64,000 nucleotides of DNA from Eubacteriales bacterium. Its GTDB lineage: Bacteria > Bacillota > Clostridia > Oscillospirales > CAG-272. Below the pieces are notes generated by a model. The model did no database searches and was not told the origin of the DNA. It saw only the letters and a list, made by a program, of their open reading frames with translations. The position numbers and the translations under genes were made by a program. Below are positions 38,061 to 46,981 of the stretch, piece after piece. The stretch lies in NCBI GenBank assembly GCA_051867875.1, contig JBJDZG010000004.1, forward strand, positions 12,832 through 76,831, read 5' to 3'. Position 1 is the stretch's first letter, and the number at the start of each line of letters is the position of its first letter.

Positions 38061-38242
38061 AGGCTTCTCCTCCACACAAATGCTCATCAAATGAACACAT
38101 AGCATTCTACTCTATATAATACTATTTTTTTCTCGTTTTGTAAAGTCCTTTTTTATTAATTTTTGTTGAATTATTAATATTTATTATAAAACACAGAAGA
38201 TAATCGGGGCGTTGCCTTGGCAACGCCCCGAGATATGAAATT

Positions 38243-38722
38243 TTACTTATGGTATTTCCCACCGTGAGTGATGGACAGACAGCGGTAAATGATTTCAACG
38301 AGCCAAACGCGGAGCATCTGGTGTGTGAGCGTCATTTTCGACACGGAAAGGCGCATATCGCACGCACGTTTAAGCTCCTCGGAAAGCCCGAACGAGCTTC
38401 CGATGATAAATGCGACCTCGCCGTGGGTTGCCGAAATTGTATCGAGTTTTTCGGCAAACTCCTCGCTTGAAAACTGCTTTCCCTCGACGCACAGAGCAAT
38501 TTTATAAGCCTTCGGAGATATGTCCGAAAGTATCTTTTCTCCCTCTGCCGCGAGCGCCTGCTCTATCTGCCTCTGTGAAGGATTTTCGGGGAGCTTGTAC
38601 TCCTTATATTCGATAATATCGAGCTTGCAGTACGCTCCGAGCCTCTTTTTATATTCCGCTATTGCATCCTTGTAATACTGCTCCTTGAGCGTTCCCGTAA
38701 CGTATATTTTTACACTTAACAT
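38243..38722 (-). CDS. rlmH: 23S rRNA (pseudouridine1915-N3)-methyltransferase RlmH (SPOUT)
   Basis: 159 aa with YbeA/RlmH layout: ...EYKKRL...LDEKGKQ-like CVEGKQFSSEEFA and C-terminal FIIGSSFGLS...LSVSKMTLTHQM. Confidence 0.9.
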   Translation of the reverse strand: MLSVKIYVTGTLKEQYYKDAIAEYKKRLGAYCKLDIIEYKEYKLPENPSQRQIEQALAAEGEKILSDISPKAYKIALCVEGKQFSSEEFAEKLDTISATHGEVAFIIGSSFGLSEELKRACDMRLSVSKMTLTHQMLRVWLVEIIYRCLSITHGGKYHK

Positions 38723-38729
38723 AGATACC

Positions 38730-39515
38730 TCAAACGAATTTCACGGTACGGTTTTGCTCCGCTACCTTCAAATTTACGCTCATATCGCCGATTGCCGAAA
38801 AGACTTCGTCATAGGCAATATCGGGGTCGTTGTTTTCCTCGCTCAGGTGGGCGAGCAAAATATTTTTCGTTCCCGAAAGGCAGAGCTCGCTTGCAAAAAA
38901 TGCACAATCGCGGTTCGACAGATGACCTCTGTTCGACCTGATTCTGAGTTTCAGGTCGTAAGGGTACGGACCGTTCATCAGCATATCAACGTCGTGATTG
39001 CTTTCAAGAACAACGCTCTCGCAAGCACAAAGCGCGCTCCTTATTTCGTCGGTTATGTATCCGATATCCGTCGCGTAACCTATTTTTGTTACTTCCCCGC
39101 CGTTCCCGATTTCGATAGTGTATCCCACCGAATAGGCGCTGTCGTGTGGCGTCGGAAAGCTCTTCAAGGTCATATTCCCGACGCTTACGGAAAAGACGGG
39201 CGGGTGAACGCACAGAATGTCATCGTAAAGCTCGGGCGTGGCAAAGCGGAGTCTGCTTGCCGATATCCCGACGATATGCACGGGAATACGGTGCTTTTTG
39301 AGCAAAACCTCAAGTGCAGAAACGTGGTCGGCGTGCTCGTGCGTGATAAAAATCGCGTCGATTTCGTCAATGCTTACGCCGATATCCGAGAGCGCCGCCG
39401 TCAGCGCACGGGCACTCTTGCCCGCATCTATCAAAATCTTGGCATTCTCGCTCTCTATAATCACGCAGTTGCCCTTTGAGCCCGAATATAGAGAGGTGAT
39501 TGAATATTTATTCAT
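38730..39515 (-). CDS. MBL-fold metallo-hydrolase (YycJ/WalJ-like)
   Basis: THEHADH metallo-beta-lactamase motif. Start trimmed to ATG 39515 (MNKYSITSLYSGSKGN), which overlaps the galK stop as TGATG. It lies next to rlmH, as with yycJ-rlmH in Bacillus. Confidence 0.8.
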   Translation of the reverse strand: MNKYSITSLYSGSKGNCVIIESENAKILIDAGKSARALTAALSDIGVSIDEIDAIFITHEHADHVSALEVLLKKHRIPVHIVGISASRLRFATPELYDDILCVHPPVFSVSVGNMTLKSFPTPHDSAYSVGYTIEIGNGGEVTKIGYATDIGYITDEIRSALCACESVVLESNHDVDMLMNGPYPYDLKLRIRSNRGHLSNRDCAFFASELCLSGTKNILLAHLSEENNDPDIAYDEVFSAIGDMSVNLKVAEQNRTVKFV

Positions 39516-40801
39516 CAGGCGATTACCTGTATAGCGCCTTCTCTTCTGACGCGGAGAATAAGGCACGCGCCCTCACCGAAAACGCCGTCCATGAGCGCGC
39601 GGTAAGCCTCGACGTCTTCACTCTTTACATACGCTTGAACAGTACCTGCAAATCCGCCGCCGTGAACGCGGAATGCGCCCTCTCTGCCCTTCATAAAGCC
39701 TTCGGTAAGACAAAGAGCAAGGCTCAGTCCCTGTTCAGCGACGTTTTTAGTCGTATAGACGTTCTGCAAGTAGCAGAAGGACGAGCGTCCCGAGGAGATA
39801 ACTCCCTCAAAATACGAGTGAAGGTCGCCCGCTTCAAGCGCACTCTTCATTTCGGCTACGCGCTTATTTTCAGAGAAGAAATGGAACGCACGAAGGAGCG
39901 CTCTGTCGCCGAGTTTTTCGCGGATTGTCTTGGCGTTTTTGAGCACCTCGCCCTCGTCGCAAAGGCGCAGACAGTCCTTGCCGAAAACCGACGCAACTGC
40001 CTTCATCTCGGCGGGAACGGAAGCGTAATCTGCGGTGAGGTCCGCGTGATTTCCGCCCGTGTCAACTATGCAGAGATTATATCCCATAGCGGAGAGGTCA
40101 AAATCGATTTTATCGATTTTTGGTGTTTCAGTATTCTCAAAATCGATGGCAACTATACCTCCGACTGCACACGCGACCTGGTCCATAAGTCCGCAGGGCT
40201 TACCGAAGAAAACGTTTTCCGCATACTGCGAAAGAATAGCTATCTCCACGTTATCGACCTTGCCGCCGTTAAATTCGTGGCTTAAAATATTTCCTATCAT
40301 ATCCTCAAACGCCGCGGACGAGGAAAGTCCCGAGCCGCGAAGCACGCTTGAGGTGCAGTAGGCGTCAAAACCGCCGACGCAGTGATTATTATTTCTGAAT
40401 CCCCTGCTCATGCCTGCAATAAGGGACGCAGAGGTTCCGAAATCGTCCTCGCGGGGCTCGGTATATCTTGAAATATCAACATTAATTGCGTCAAAGCCCT
40501 CGCTTTTGAGATTTATTGTGTCGGTGCCGTTTTTCGACGCTACGGCTATGATATCGAGGTTTATCGAAGAAGCGACGACACAGCCTCTGTTGTGGTCGGT
40601 GTGGTTGCCCGCAAGCTCGCTTCTGCCGGGAGTTGAATATATCGCAACTTCTCTGTCCGCACCGTAAATCGATGCGAACGAATCGAGCGCTGCGAGGTAT
40701 CTCTGCCTTTGAGCAGTTACTGCGTTTTCGTCGTAAAGAGAAGCAAAGCGCGAGTCGAGTGCACCTTCGTTTATAAGACCTTTGAGTTCATTGATTTTCA
40801 T
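39515..40801 (-). CDS. galK: Galactokinase (GHMP kinase)
   Basis: Galactokinase signature GRSELAGNHTDHNRG near the N-terminus and GHMP ATP motif GSGLSSSAA. Confidence 0.92.
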   Translation of the reverse strand: MKINELKGLINEGALDSRFASLYDENAVTAQRQRYLAALDSFASIYGADREVAIYSTPGRSELAGNHTDHNRGCVVASSINLDIIAVASKNGTDTINLKSEGFDAINVDISRYTEPREDDFGTSASLIAGMSRGFRNNNHCVGGFDAYCTSSVLRGSGLSSSAAFEDMIGNILSHEFNGGKVDNVEIAILSQYAENVFFGKPCGLMDQVACAVGGIVAIDFENTETPKIDKIDFDLSAMGYNLCIVDTGGNHADLTADYASVPAEMKAVASVFGKDCLRLCDEGEVLKNAKTIREKLGDRALLRAFHFFSENKRVAEMKSALEAGDLHSYFEGVISSGRSSFCYLQNVYTTKNVAEQGLSLALCLTEGFMKGREGAFRVHGGGFAGTVQAYVKSEDVEAYRALMDGVFGEGACLILRVRREGAIQVIA

Positions 40802-40892
40802 AAAAATTCTCCTTAATAATAAGAGTATTTTGCATATTACATCACGATAATTATATCATTTTTTTCCGATTTGGCAAGCCCTTTTTTCCTAT

Positions 40893-41975
40893 TTACGAAA
40901 GAATTATTTTAGCTATTCTCTCGCACGCGTGCCCGTCGCCGAAAACTAGGCTCCTTGAGCGCATTTTTGCGAGTTTTTCGCCGTCGTCAAAAACGGATAA
41001 AAATTCATTTTTTATTCTCTCCCTCTCACAGCCCACGAGCCTTATATTTCCGAGCTTTGCACCCTCCTCACGCTCCGTCGTGTCACGCAAGAGAAAGAGC
41101 GGTATTCCGAGAAACGCCGCCTCCTCCTGAACTCCGCCGCTGTCCGTCAGCACCGCCGCCGAGCGCGAGAGAATATTGTGAAAATCGTACAGTGAAAGCG
41201 GTTCGCAAAGCTCAATATTCGGAACGTCGGAGAGTGCATTTTTGCACACTTCCCGCACGCGCGGATTAGGGTGCATCGGAAAAACGCCGAAAAGGTCCTC
41301 TCTTGCGAGCAAAATATCCTTAATTCCGAGCATTGACGAGTGCATTTTCTCGCCTAAATTTTCACGGCGGTGCATGGTTACAAGCAAAATCTTTCGCCCG
41401 TTTGCCCTCCCCAAAATCGTCGGGGAATACTCCTCTCCGACGGTGTACGAAAGTGCGTCAATCACCGTATTTCCGACGGTGTAAATACCTTTTCTGCCCT
41501 CGTTTTCAAGCCTTTCTTGCGCAAGAGCAGTCGGAGCAAAAAGCAAATCGGACATAGCGTCAACGGCGACTCTGTTAAACTCTTCGGGATAGGGCGAGTG
41601 GCTATTGTAGGTGCGGAGTCCCGCCTCGATATGTCCTATTTTGATTCCTTTGTAAAAGGCGGAAAGCGACGCGCAAAACGCCGTCGTAGTGTCGCCGTGA
41701 ACGAGTACGAGGTCGAATTTTTCCCTCTCAAAAAGCACCTCAAATTCTCGGAGCAGACGAACTGTCAAATTGCCGAGAGTCTGCCCCTGCCTCATTATAT
41801 TCATCGAAAAATCGGGCTCAACTCCGAAAAATTCAAACACGTTTTTCGACAGCTCCCTGTGCTGACCGCTGTCGCAGACGAGCACCTCTGCGCTCCCGTG
41901 CTTTCTGAGTTCAAGCACTAACGGTAGCATTTTTATCGCCTCGGGGCGAGTACCTAAAACACACAAAATACGCAT
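40893..41975 (-). CDS. wecB: UDP-N-acetylglucosamine 2-epimerase (non-hydrolysing)
   Basis: MRILCVLGTRPEAIKM N-terminus, VHGDTTT, HIEAGLRT and TDSGGVQEEA motifs. Confidence 0.93.
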   Translation of the reverse strand: MRILCVLGTRPEAIKMLPLVLELRKHGSAEVLVCDSGQHRELSKNVFEFFGVEPDFSMNIMRQGQTLGNLTVRLLREFEVLFEREKFDLVLVHGDTTTAFCASLSAFYKGIKIGHIEAGLRTYNSHSPYPEEFNRVAVDAMSDLLFAPTALAQERLENEGRKGIYTVGNTVIDALSYTVGEEYSPTILGRANGRKILLVTMHRRENLGEKMHSSMLGIKDILLAREDLFGVFPMHPNPRVREVCKNALSDVPNIELCEPLSLYDFHNILSRSAAVLTDSGGVQEEAAFLGIPLFLLRDTTEREEGAKLGNIRLVGCERERIKNEFLSVFDDGEKLAKMRSRSLVFGDGHACERIAKIILS

Positions 41976-42030
41976 AACACAAACCTCTCTTTTTAGTCTA
42001 TGTTATGCGTAAAACTGCATATTATTCACT

Positions 42031-42561
42031 TTATTCGGGAGTATTCGAGTCCTCGAAAATCTCAATCGTGAAATGAGTTCTCTCCGCTTGCGCGCCTCTT
42101 ATCTCCACGATATAATCAAGCTCGATTTTTCCGTCTTCGAGCAAAGTATTTTTTATATCTTTGGTGTTGACGCAAATCTCGAATGGCATATATTCCGTCT
42201 GATATGAGCAGATATGTCGCTTGCCCTTTTCAAAAACCAGAATGGTGTTAACAGCACCGTTTCGCATCATCGTTACAAGCCCGGGATTTGAACGCTCAAA
42301 GCGCACCTGCGTGCTCGAGCCCTCCATTCCCGTCAGCTCGCTCTCCTCGTATGCTATTATCACACGCTCATCGGTTATATACAGTTCGCCCTCGGAAAAC
42401 ATTTCAATGGGGCCGTCGTCCTCCTCGACTGTGCTCTCTACTTCGTCCGGCTCGTCGTCAAATAAATCCCCGTCCTCACCGCCGAACAAGCTCTCAAAAA
42501 ACTTTTCCTCGCTCGCCTCGCGCACAGAAACCAGCTTAATTCTGATATTCTTCTTAATCAT
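42031..42561 (-). CDS. DUF1934 (YwiB-like beta-barrel) protein with an acidic N-terminal insertion
   Basis: The pattern ...VIIAYEESELTG...VTMMRNGAVNTILVFEKGKRHICSYQT..., ...GKIELDYIVEI... resembles YwiB/DUF1934 proteins. Assigned from memory of that family. Confidence 0.6.
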   Translation of the reverse strand: MIKKNIRIKLVSVREASEEKFFESLFGGEDGDLFDDEPDEVESTVEEDDGPIEMFSEGELYITDERVIIAYEESELTGMEGSSTQVRFERSNPGLVTMMRNGAVNTILVFEKGKRHICSYQTEYMPFEICVNTKDIKNTLLEDGKIELDYIVEIRGAQAERTHFTIEIFEDSNTPE

Positions 42562-42588
42562 ATACGATAAAACCTCGCTTTCGGTCTG

Positions 42589-42630
42589 TATAGATGAAAA
42601 AGCACCCTATCGGGTGCTTTTTCATCTATA
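42589..42630. terminator. Perfect 19-bp inverted repeat (terminator-like) at the left edge of the AT-rich R-M insert
   Basis: tatagatgaaaaagcaccc-tatc-gggtgctttttcatctata. It lies 35 nt downstream of the methyltransferase stop and 28 nt upstream of the DUF1934 start. Confidence 0.6.
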
Positions 42631-42664
42631 CACGATAGTATTCTAATAAAAAATGACACCGCAT

Positions 42665-43756
42665 TTATTCAAAAGAATTAAAGTCTATAATCGATACGTC
42701 AGGAATTCTTTTTTTTATCACTTTCATAGCAATGTTTGAATTATCAATTCCAATATACTTTCTACCGTTATTTTTGGCAGCCAATAGAGTAGTTCCGCTT
42801 CCTGCAAAACAATCCAATACAATACTATCACTTTTTGAAGATTGCTTTACTATTAAATCAAGCATATCAAGATTTTTTTGAGTCGGATACAATGGATATT
42901 GCGGGTCTTTGAAATTCCAAATATCTTGGATTTTTTTACCCTTATGTTCATCGGCATATTTGATTATTCTAGGATTTCCTTTTGATGACCATTCAATAAG
43001 TCCGATTGAATCTAATTTGTCAAATTCCGTCGGATTTGTTCTCCAGTGCCTGCCCTCAGGTGGATTCATATTTCTCCACGGCATCCCTGTAGGGCTTGTA
43101 GAACTTGATTCTCCGGGAGCATGCAAAGGAATAGTAGTGTATCTTCTGCCGTTTTTATCTATTTTTGTGAATCTTTTGGCCAATTCTTCATCATCGCACT
43201 TAATTTTTATGTTATTCCATATGTTTTTTGATGATTTAGTATACAACAAAATCATATCTTTATGATTGCCATAAGCGCGCCTGTCAAAATTTTTAGGATT
43301 TGATTTTATTCTTGTAATATCGTTCTTAAAAGATGATTCGCCAAAAATTTCATCTAAAATAACCTTAAAATAATGTCCCATTTTCAAATCAATATGAACA
43401 TATAGACTTCCTTCCTCAGAAAGCAATTCATATATCAGGACAAAACATCTGTACATAAAATTAATAAATTCATCTTTTGTCATTTCGTCCGAATATGCAA
43501 TTTCACCATTCTTGGGACGACTGATTGTGCTTGCTCTTGTATCAGTAACAGAAAACTCTTGATTGGTATTGAATGGTGGGTCAATATATACCAAATCTAT
43601 TTTTCCTCTATATTCATTCAACATTGAGGACATTACTTCCAAGTTATCACCCTCAACTACAAAAGAGTGATCAATGAAAGGAAGACTTTTTTCGGCATTC
43701 TTAAACCTCAGAACTATATCTTCTTTGGATTCTTTTCCATCAAATATTATTTTCAT
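42665..43756 (-). CDS. Site-specific DNA methyltransferase, N6-adenine/N4-cytosine, beta class (N6_N4_Mtase family)
   Basis: Motif IV DPPF (YIDPPFNT, aa 58-64) is N-terminal to SAM motif I FAGSGTT (aa 317-323), which is the beta-class order. LDEIFG follows, as in Mod-like enzymes. AT-rich codon usage. Confidence 0.88.
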   Translation of the reverse strand: MKIIFDGKESKEDIVLRFKNAEKSLPFIDHSFVVEGDNLEVMSSMLNEYRGKIDLVYIDPPFNTNQEFSVTDTRASTISRPKNGEIAYSDEMTKDEFINFMYRCFVLIYELLSEEGSLYVHIDLKMGHYFKVILDEIFGESSFKNDITRIKSNPKNFDRRAYGNHKDMILLYTKSSKNIWNNIKIKCDDEELAKRFTKIDKNGRRYTTIPLHAPGESSSTSPTGMPWRNMNPPEGRHWRTNPTEFDKLDSIGLIEWSSKGNPRIIKYADEHKGKKIQDIWNFKDPQYPLYPTQKNLDMLDLIVKQSSKSDSIVLDCFAGSGTTLLAAKNNGRKYIGIDNSNIAMKVIKKRIPDVSIIDFNSFE

Positions 43757-43766
43757 CTTCTTTGCC

Positions 43767-44567
43767 TTAAATTGAGTACAAAAATTCTCTTAAAACTAAG
43801 CTGGATAGGATAATTTGTTCATCATTTTCAATAAGATGCTTATGCATTTTGTTACCTGAATTAATGTACAACACACCATCACAAATAGCTATTTTTATTA
43901 CTTCAACATTCAATCTGTTTGGAAGCAACGGTAATGTTATAGTTGAAATTGCGTCTTCAAACTGCCTGTCTTGATGGCCTCCGAAATCAGTTATAAACTT
44001 TGCTTCCCCAATAACATATTTATTGTTACATCTTGCTATAAAATCCAGTCCTTTGCTATGATTATATCCCAAGTATTCCTCAGCAAATTTCTTCATTTCC
44101 AAATCGGAGATATTCAATACAGCATTTTCTTCAGTAGATAAAAAATCGATTGCATTATGATAGATAGGAAGTCCCAAAACTCCACTTTCAATCCATCTTT
44201 TAAATAACGGACCTATTTGTCTGTTGGTTTCTTTAGGCTCTGTACATTTTTCAAAAATTGAATCTAATCCCATTTCATAAAGATTGCCTGCCAGTCTGTT
44301 AATCGTTTCAGGATTTCTTTCGATTGATGACGGATCTCTCTTTAAGTATGCTACATACGAATCCTTTATAGGAAATAAATCCAAATACAATAAATTCCGT
44401 ACCAAATCATCATTGTTCCGACGTTCAAATGAAGTTTTTATCCTACTCCATTTATCCCAACTTATTTCTCTTCTCAGATTTGGAGACATTGGATATACTC
44501 TAAACAAAGAATCAAGATAGTTTCTCTGGTTTGCAAATTCTACACTGATTTGTGTCCAATAATTCAT
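43767..44567 (-). CDS. Putative type II restriction endonuclease (PD-(D/E)xK fold candidate), specificity unknown
   Basis: 266 aa, sited 10 nt upstream of and co-directional with the methyltransferase gene. It has the D175-x12-E188-A-K190 motif (GLDFIARCNNKYVIGEAKF) expected of PD-(D/E)xK nucleases. I cannot name a family. Confidence 0.6.
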   Translation of the reverse strand: MNYWTQISVEFANQRNYLDSLFRVYPMSPNLRREISWDKWSRIKTSFERRNNDDLVRNLLYLDLFPIKDSYVAYLKRDPSSIERNPETINRLAGNLYEMGLDSIFEKCTEPKETNRQIGPLFKRWIESGVLGLPIYHNAIDFLSTEENAVLNISDLEMKKFAEEYLGYNHSKGLDFIARCNNKYVIGEAKFITDFGGHQDRQFEDAISTITLPLLPNRLNVEVIKIAICDGVLYINSGNKMHKHLIENDEQIILSSLVLREFLYSI

Positions 44568-44739
44568 AATTTATCCCCCATTTATATTTTGATCAAAAAA
44601 TCAGTCTGCTTTCGTTTCAATCTAAAAATCATTATAACATGTTTTGAGAAGTTTGTCCAGCTATTTATGTAATTTTTACAAACCTATCTAAAAATTAAAC
44701 AATACTCATAATAAGCTTGAACGCAAAAAAGTAAAAATA

Positions 44740-44778
44740 AAAGTCTTGACACTTTTAATCATTTGTATCAAGACTTTT
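44740..44778 (-). terminator. Rho-independent terminator of the tRNA operon
   Basis: Minus strand, just after the tRNA-His CCA: aaaagucuuga-(18 nt loop)-ucaagacuuuu followed by auuuuuac. Confidence 0.65.
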
Positions 44779-44781
44779 ATA

Positions 44782-44859
44782 TGGGGTGAGTGATGGGATT
44801 CGAACCCACGGCCTCCAGGGCCACAACCTGGCGCTATAACCAACTTAGCTACACCCACC
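44782..44859 (-). tRNA. tRNA-His (anticodon GUG), with encoded G-1 and CCA
   Basis: Minus strand: GGTGGGTGTAGCTAAGTTGGTTATAGCGCCAGGTTGTGGCCCTGGAGG..GTGGGTTCGAATCCCATCACTCACCCCA. Anticodon stem CCAGG/CCTGG with loop TTGTGGC. There is an extra 5' G opposite C73. Confidence 0.93.
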
Positions 44860-44862
44860 GTA

Positions 44863-44939
44863 TGGCGTGCCTTGAGGGATTCGAACCCCCGACCTACTGC
44901 TTAGAAGGCAGTTGCTCTATCCGACTGAGCTAAAGGCAC
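44863..44939 (-). tRNA. tRNA-Arg (anticodon UCU), CCA encoded
   Basis: Minus strand: GTGCCTTTAGCTCAGTCGGATAGAGCAACTGCCTTCTAAGCAGTAGGTCGGGGGTTCGAATCCCTCAAGGCACGCCA. Anticodon stem ACTGC/GCAGT with loop CTTCTAA. Confidence 0.93.
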
Positions 44940-44963
44940 ACAATAAGCCGACGAATGTCGGCT

Positions 44964-45037
<74 letters not shown>

Positions 45038-45064
45038 ATAGCGCTTTTCAAATAACGCTTAATT

Positions 45065-45093
45065 ATAATATCACAAATCTTTTTCCTTGTCAA
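45065..45093 (-). promoter_or_regulatory. Sigma-A-like promoter of the tRNA Gly-Arg-His operon
   Basis: Minus strand: TTGACA (45093-45088), 17-nt spacer, TATTAT (45070-45065), about 28 nt upstream of tRNA-Gly. Confidence 0.6.
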
Positions 45094-45203
45094 TACTTTT
45101 TTGTTGTTTTTTTGGATTTTTTTCGGAATTTTCAAAAAGGTATTGAAACTTTAACTAAAATTTGATATTATATAAATATCCTGTGACGGAAAGGAAAAAT
45201 AAT

Positions 45204-45728
45204 ATGTTCGATTATTTGTCCCCTGACTTTTATTTCAGCAAATTCAGCGACATAAAGCCTGAATTTCTGAGAGAAAATAATATAAGAACGCTTCTTGTTG
45301 ATATAGACAACACTCTGGCTCCCTACGAGCAGTCCGAGCCCGACGATAAAATTTTAGCGTGGCTTGATTCGCTTAATAAAAACGGAATCAAGTTTGCTTT
45401 TATCTCCAACAATTCGAGCGACAAAAGAGTAATTCGCTTCAACAAAAAGATTGGCGCTCCCGCCTACTGCAAGGCAGGAAAGCCGTTTGCCAAAAAGAGC
45501 ATCAGGAAGGCGCTTATAGAACTTGACGGCGATATTTCAAGCTCTGCTTTTTTGGGCGACCAGATTTTTACCGATATCTGCGCGGGCAAATTCTGCGGTA
45601 TGAGAGCCATTCTCGTGCCTCCCATCAAGGACAAGACAAGCTTATTTTTCCGATTCAAGAGAACTCTTGAAAAACCCGTTATGAATCACTATTTTAAGAA
45701 ACACGGCATAAAAAAATCCGCCGTATAA
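45204..45728 (+). CDS. YqeG-family HAD-IIIA phosphatase
   Basis: LLVDIDNTLAP (HAD motif I), ISNNS (motif II) and FLGDQIFTDI (motif IV-like). Start trimmed to ATG 45204 (MFDYLSPDFYF). Confidence 0.8.
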   Translation: MFDYLSPDFYFSKFSDIKPEFLRENNIRTLLVDIDNTLAPYEQSEPDDKILAWLDSLNKNGIKFAFISNNSSDKRVIRFNKKIGAPAYCKAGKPFAKKSIRKALIELDGDISSSAFLGDQIFTDICAGKFCGMRAILVPPIKDKTSLFFRFKRTLEKPVMNHYFKKHGIKKSAV

Positions 45729-45741
45729 TTAAGGAGAAAAT

Positions 45742-46827
45742 ATGACACAGCTTAAAAGATTACAACAGATAATGAGAGAAAACGGTACAGAGGGCATTCT
45801 TCTCTCCTCCACTCTCAATCAGCGCTATATTTCAAATTTCGCGTATGACGACGGCTATATTTTGGTGCTCTGCGAAAAAGCCTTCCTTCTTACGGACTTC
45901 CGGTACACAGAGGCGGCAGAAAAGCAGGTGAACGCGGATGATTTCGAGATAGTAGTTCCCAAAATCTCACACCTGAAAATGATAGCAAATCTCGCCGAGG
46001 AAAACGGAATTTCAAATATCCTCGTCGAAGAGGACTCTCTTTCCCTTTCCGAACTTTCGAGATTCGTAAAGGTTGCAGAGGGTAAAATCAACTACGTCGA
46101 GGGCGCATCAAAAATCCTGACGACTATGAGAATGGTAAAGACCGAGTCCGAACTTGCATCGATGGCAAAGGCTCAACAGATTACCGATATGGCGTTTTCG
46201 CACATTCTCGATTTCATCACTCCCAACATGACCGAAATTGACGTAGCTCTTGAAATAGAATTTTTCATGCGCAAAAACGGCGCAGAGCGCACCTCTTTTG
46301 ACACTATCGCCGTTTCCGGAACGGCTTCGTCAATGCCCCACGGCGTTCCGAGAAACTGCAAGCTCGAACGCGGATTTCTTACGATGGACTTCGGCTGCGT
46401 AGTTGACGGATACTGCTCCGATATGACGAGAACCGTATCTCTCGGAAAAGCCGACCTCGATATGAAGAAGGTTTATTACACCGTACTCAAAGCGCAGACC
46501 GAGGCGTTGAGTGCCGCTGCAGACGGCGAGCGCGGCTGCTACCGCCTTGACGAGATAGCAAGAGATATCATCAACGGTGCGGGCTTTGAGGGCAGATTCG
46601 GACACTCACTCGGACACGGCGTAGGTATGTTCATTCATGAGTCCCCCCGTCTTGCTCCCGGTATGGACAAGGGCGCGCTTCTCGTTCCCGGTAACGTCGT
46701 AACGTTCGAGCCCGGAATCTACATTCCCGAAAAGTACGGTTGCAGAATTGAGGATATGGCGGCAATCACCGAGGACGGTATTATCGACTTTACGAAGAGC
46801 GACAAGGAGCTTATAGAGCTTTTCTGA
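45742..46827 (+). CDS. Xaa-Pro aminopeptidase/dipeptidase (M24B family)
   Basis: Creatinase-like N-domain plus an M24 pita-bread domain with metal ligands in DFGCVVDGYCSDMTRT, HSLGHGVGMFIHE, FEPGIY and RIEDM. Confidence 0.88.
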   Translation: MTQLKRLQQIMRENGTEGILLSSTLNQRYISNFAYDDGYILVLCEKAFLLTDFRYTEAAEKQVNADDFEIVVPKISHLKMIANLAEENGISNILVEEDSLSLSELSRFVKVAEGKINYVEGASKILTTMRMVKTESELASMAKAQQITDMAFSHILDFITPNMTEIDVALEIEFFMRKNGAERTSFDTIAVSGTASSMPHGVPRNCKLERGFLTMDFGCVVDGYCSDMTRTVSLGKADLDMKKVYYTVLKAQTEALSAAADGERGCYRLDEIARDIINGAGFEGRFGHSLGHGVGMFIHESPRLAPGMDKGALLVPGNVVTFEPGIYIPEKYGCRIEDMAAITEDGIIDFTKSDKELIELF

Positions 46828-46851
46828 TTACCGCTGACAAAGAAATAAATC

Positions 46852-46880
46852 ATGCCTTCCGATATGGAAGGCATTTTTTA
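46852..46880 (+). terminator. Rho-independent terminator after the M24 peptidase gene
   Basis: Stem atgccttcc/ggaaggcat with loop gatat, followed by tttttt. Confidence 0.8.
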
Positions 46881-46911
46881 TCAATTTTATGCTGAAATTT
46901 TAATAAATATA

Positions 46912-46940
46912 TTGATTTATGAGTAAAAATAATGTAAAAT
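46912..46940 (+). promoter_or_regulatory. Sigma-A-like promoter upstream of prfC
   Basis: TTGATT (46912-46917), 17-nt spacer, TAAAAT (46935-46940). Confidence 0.5.
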
Positions 46941-46981
46941 GAAAAAGATGTGTATTTATTTTATGGTTTTCAGAGGTAAAA

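Noticed and set aside
42560-44780. Possible att-type direct repeats, an integrase or a transposase that would make the R-M insert a defined mobile element.
   Set aside because: I found no mobility gene and no convincing direct repeat of 10 nt or more at the two borders. There are only A-rich look-alikes such as tctaataaaaaatga and atctaaaaattaaac, plus the short tatacgata/tatacacgata words. I therefore call it an island, not a mobile_element.
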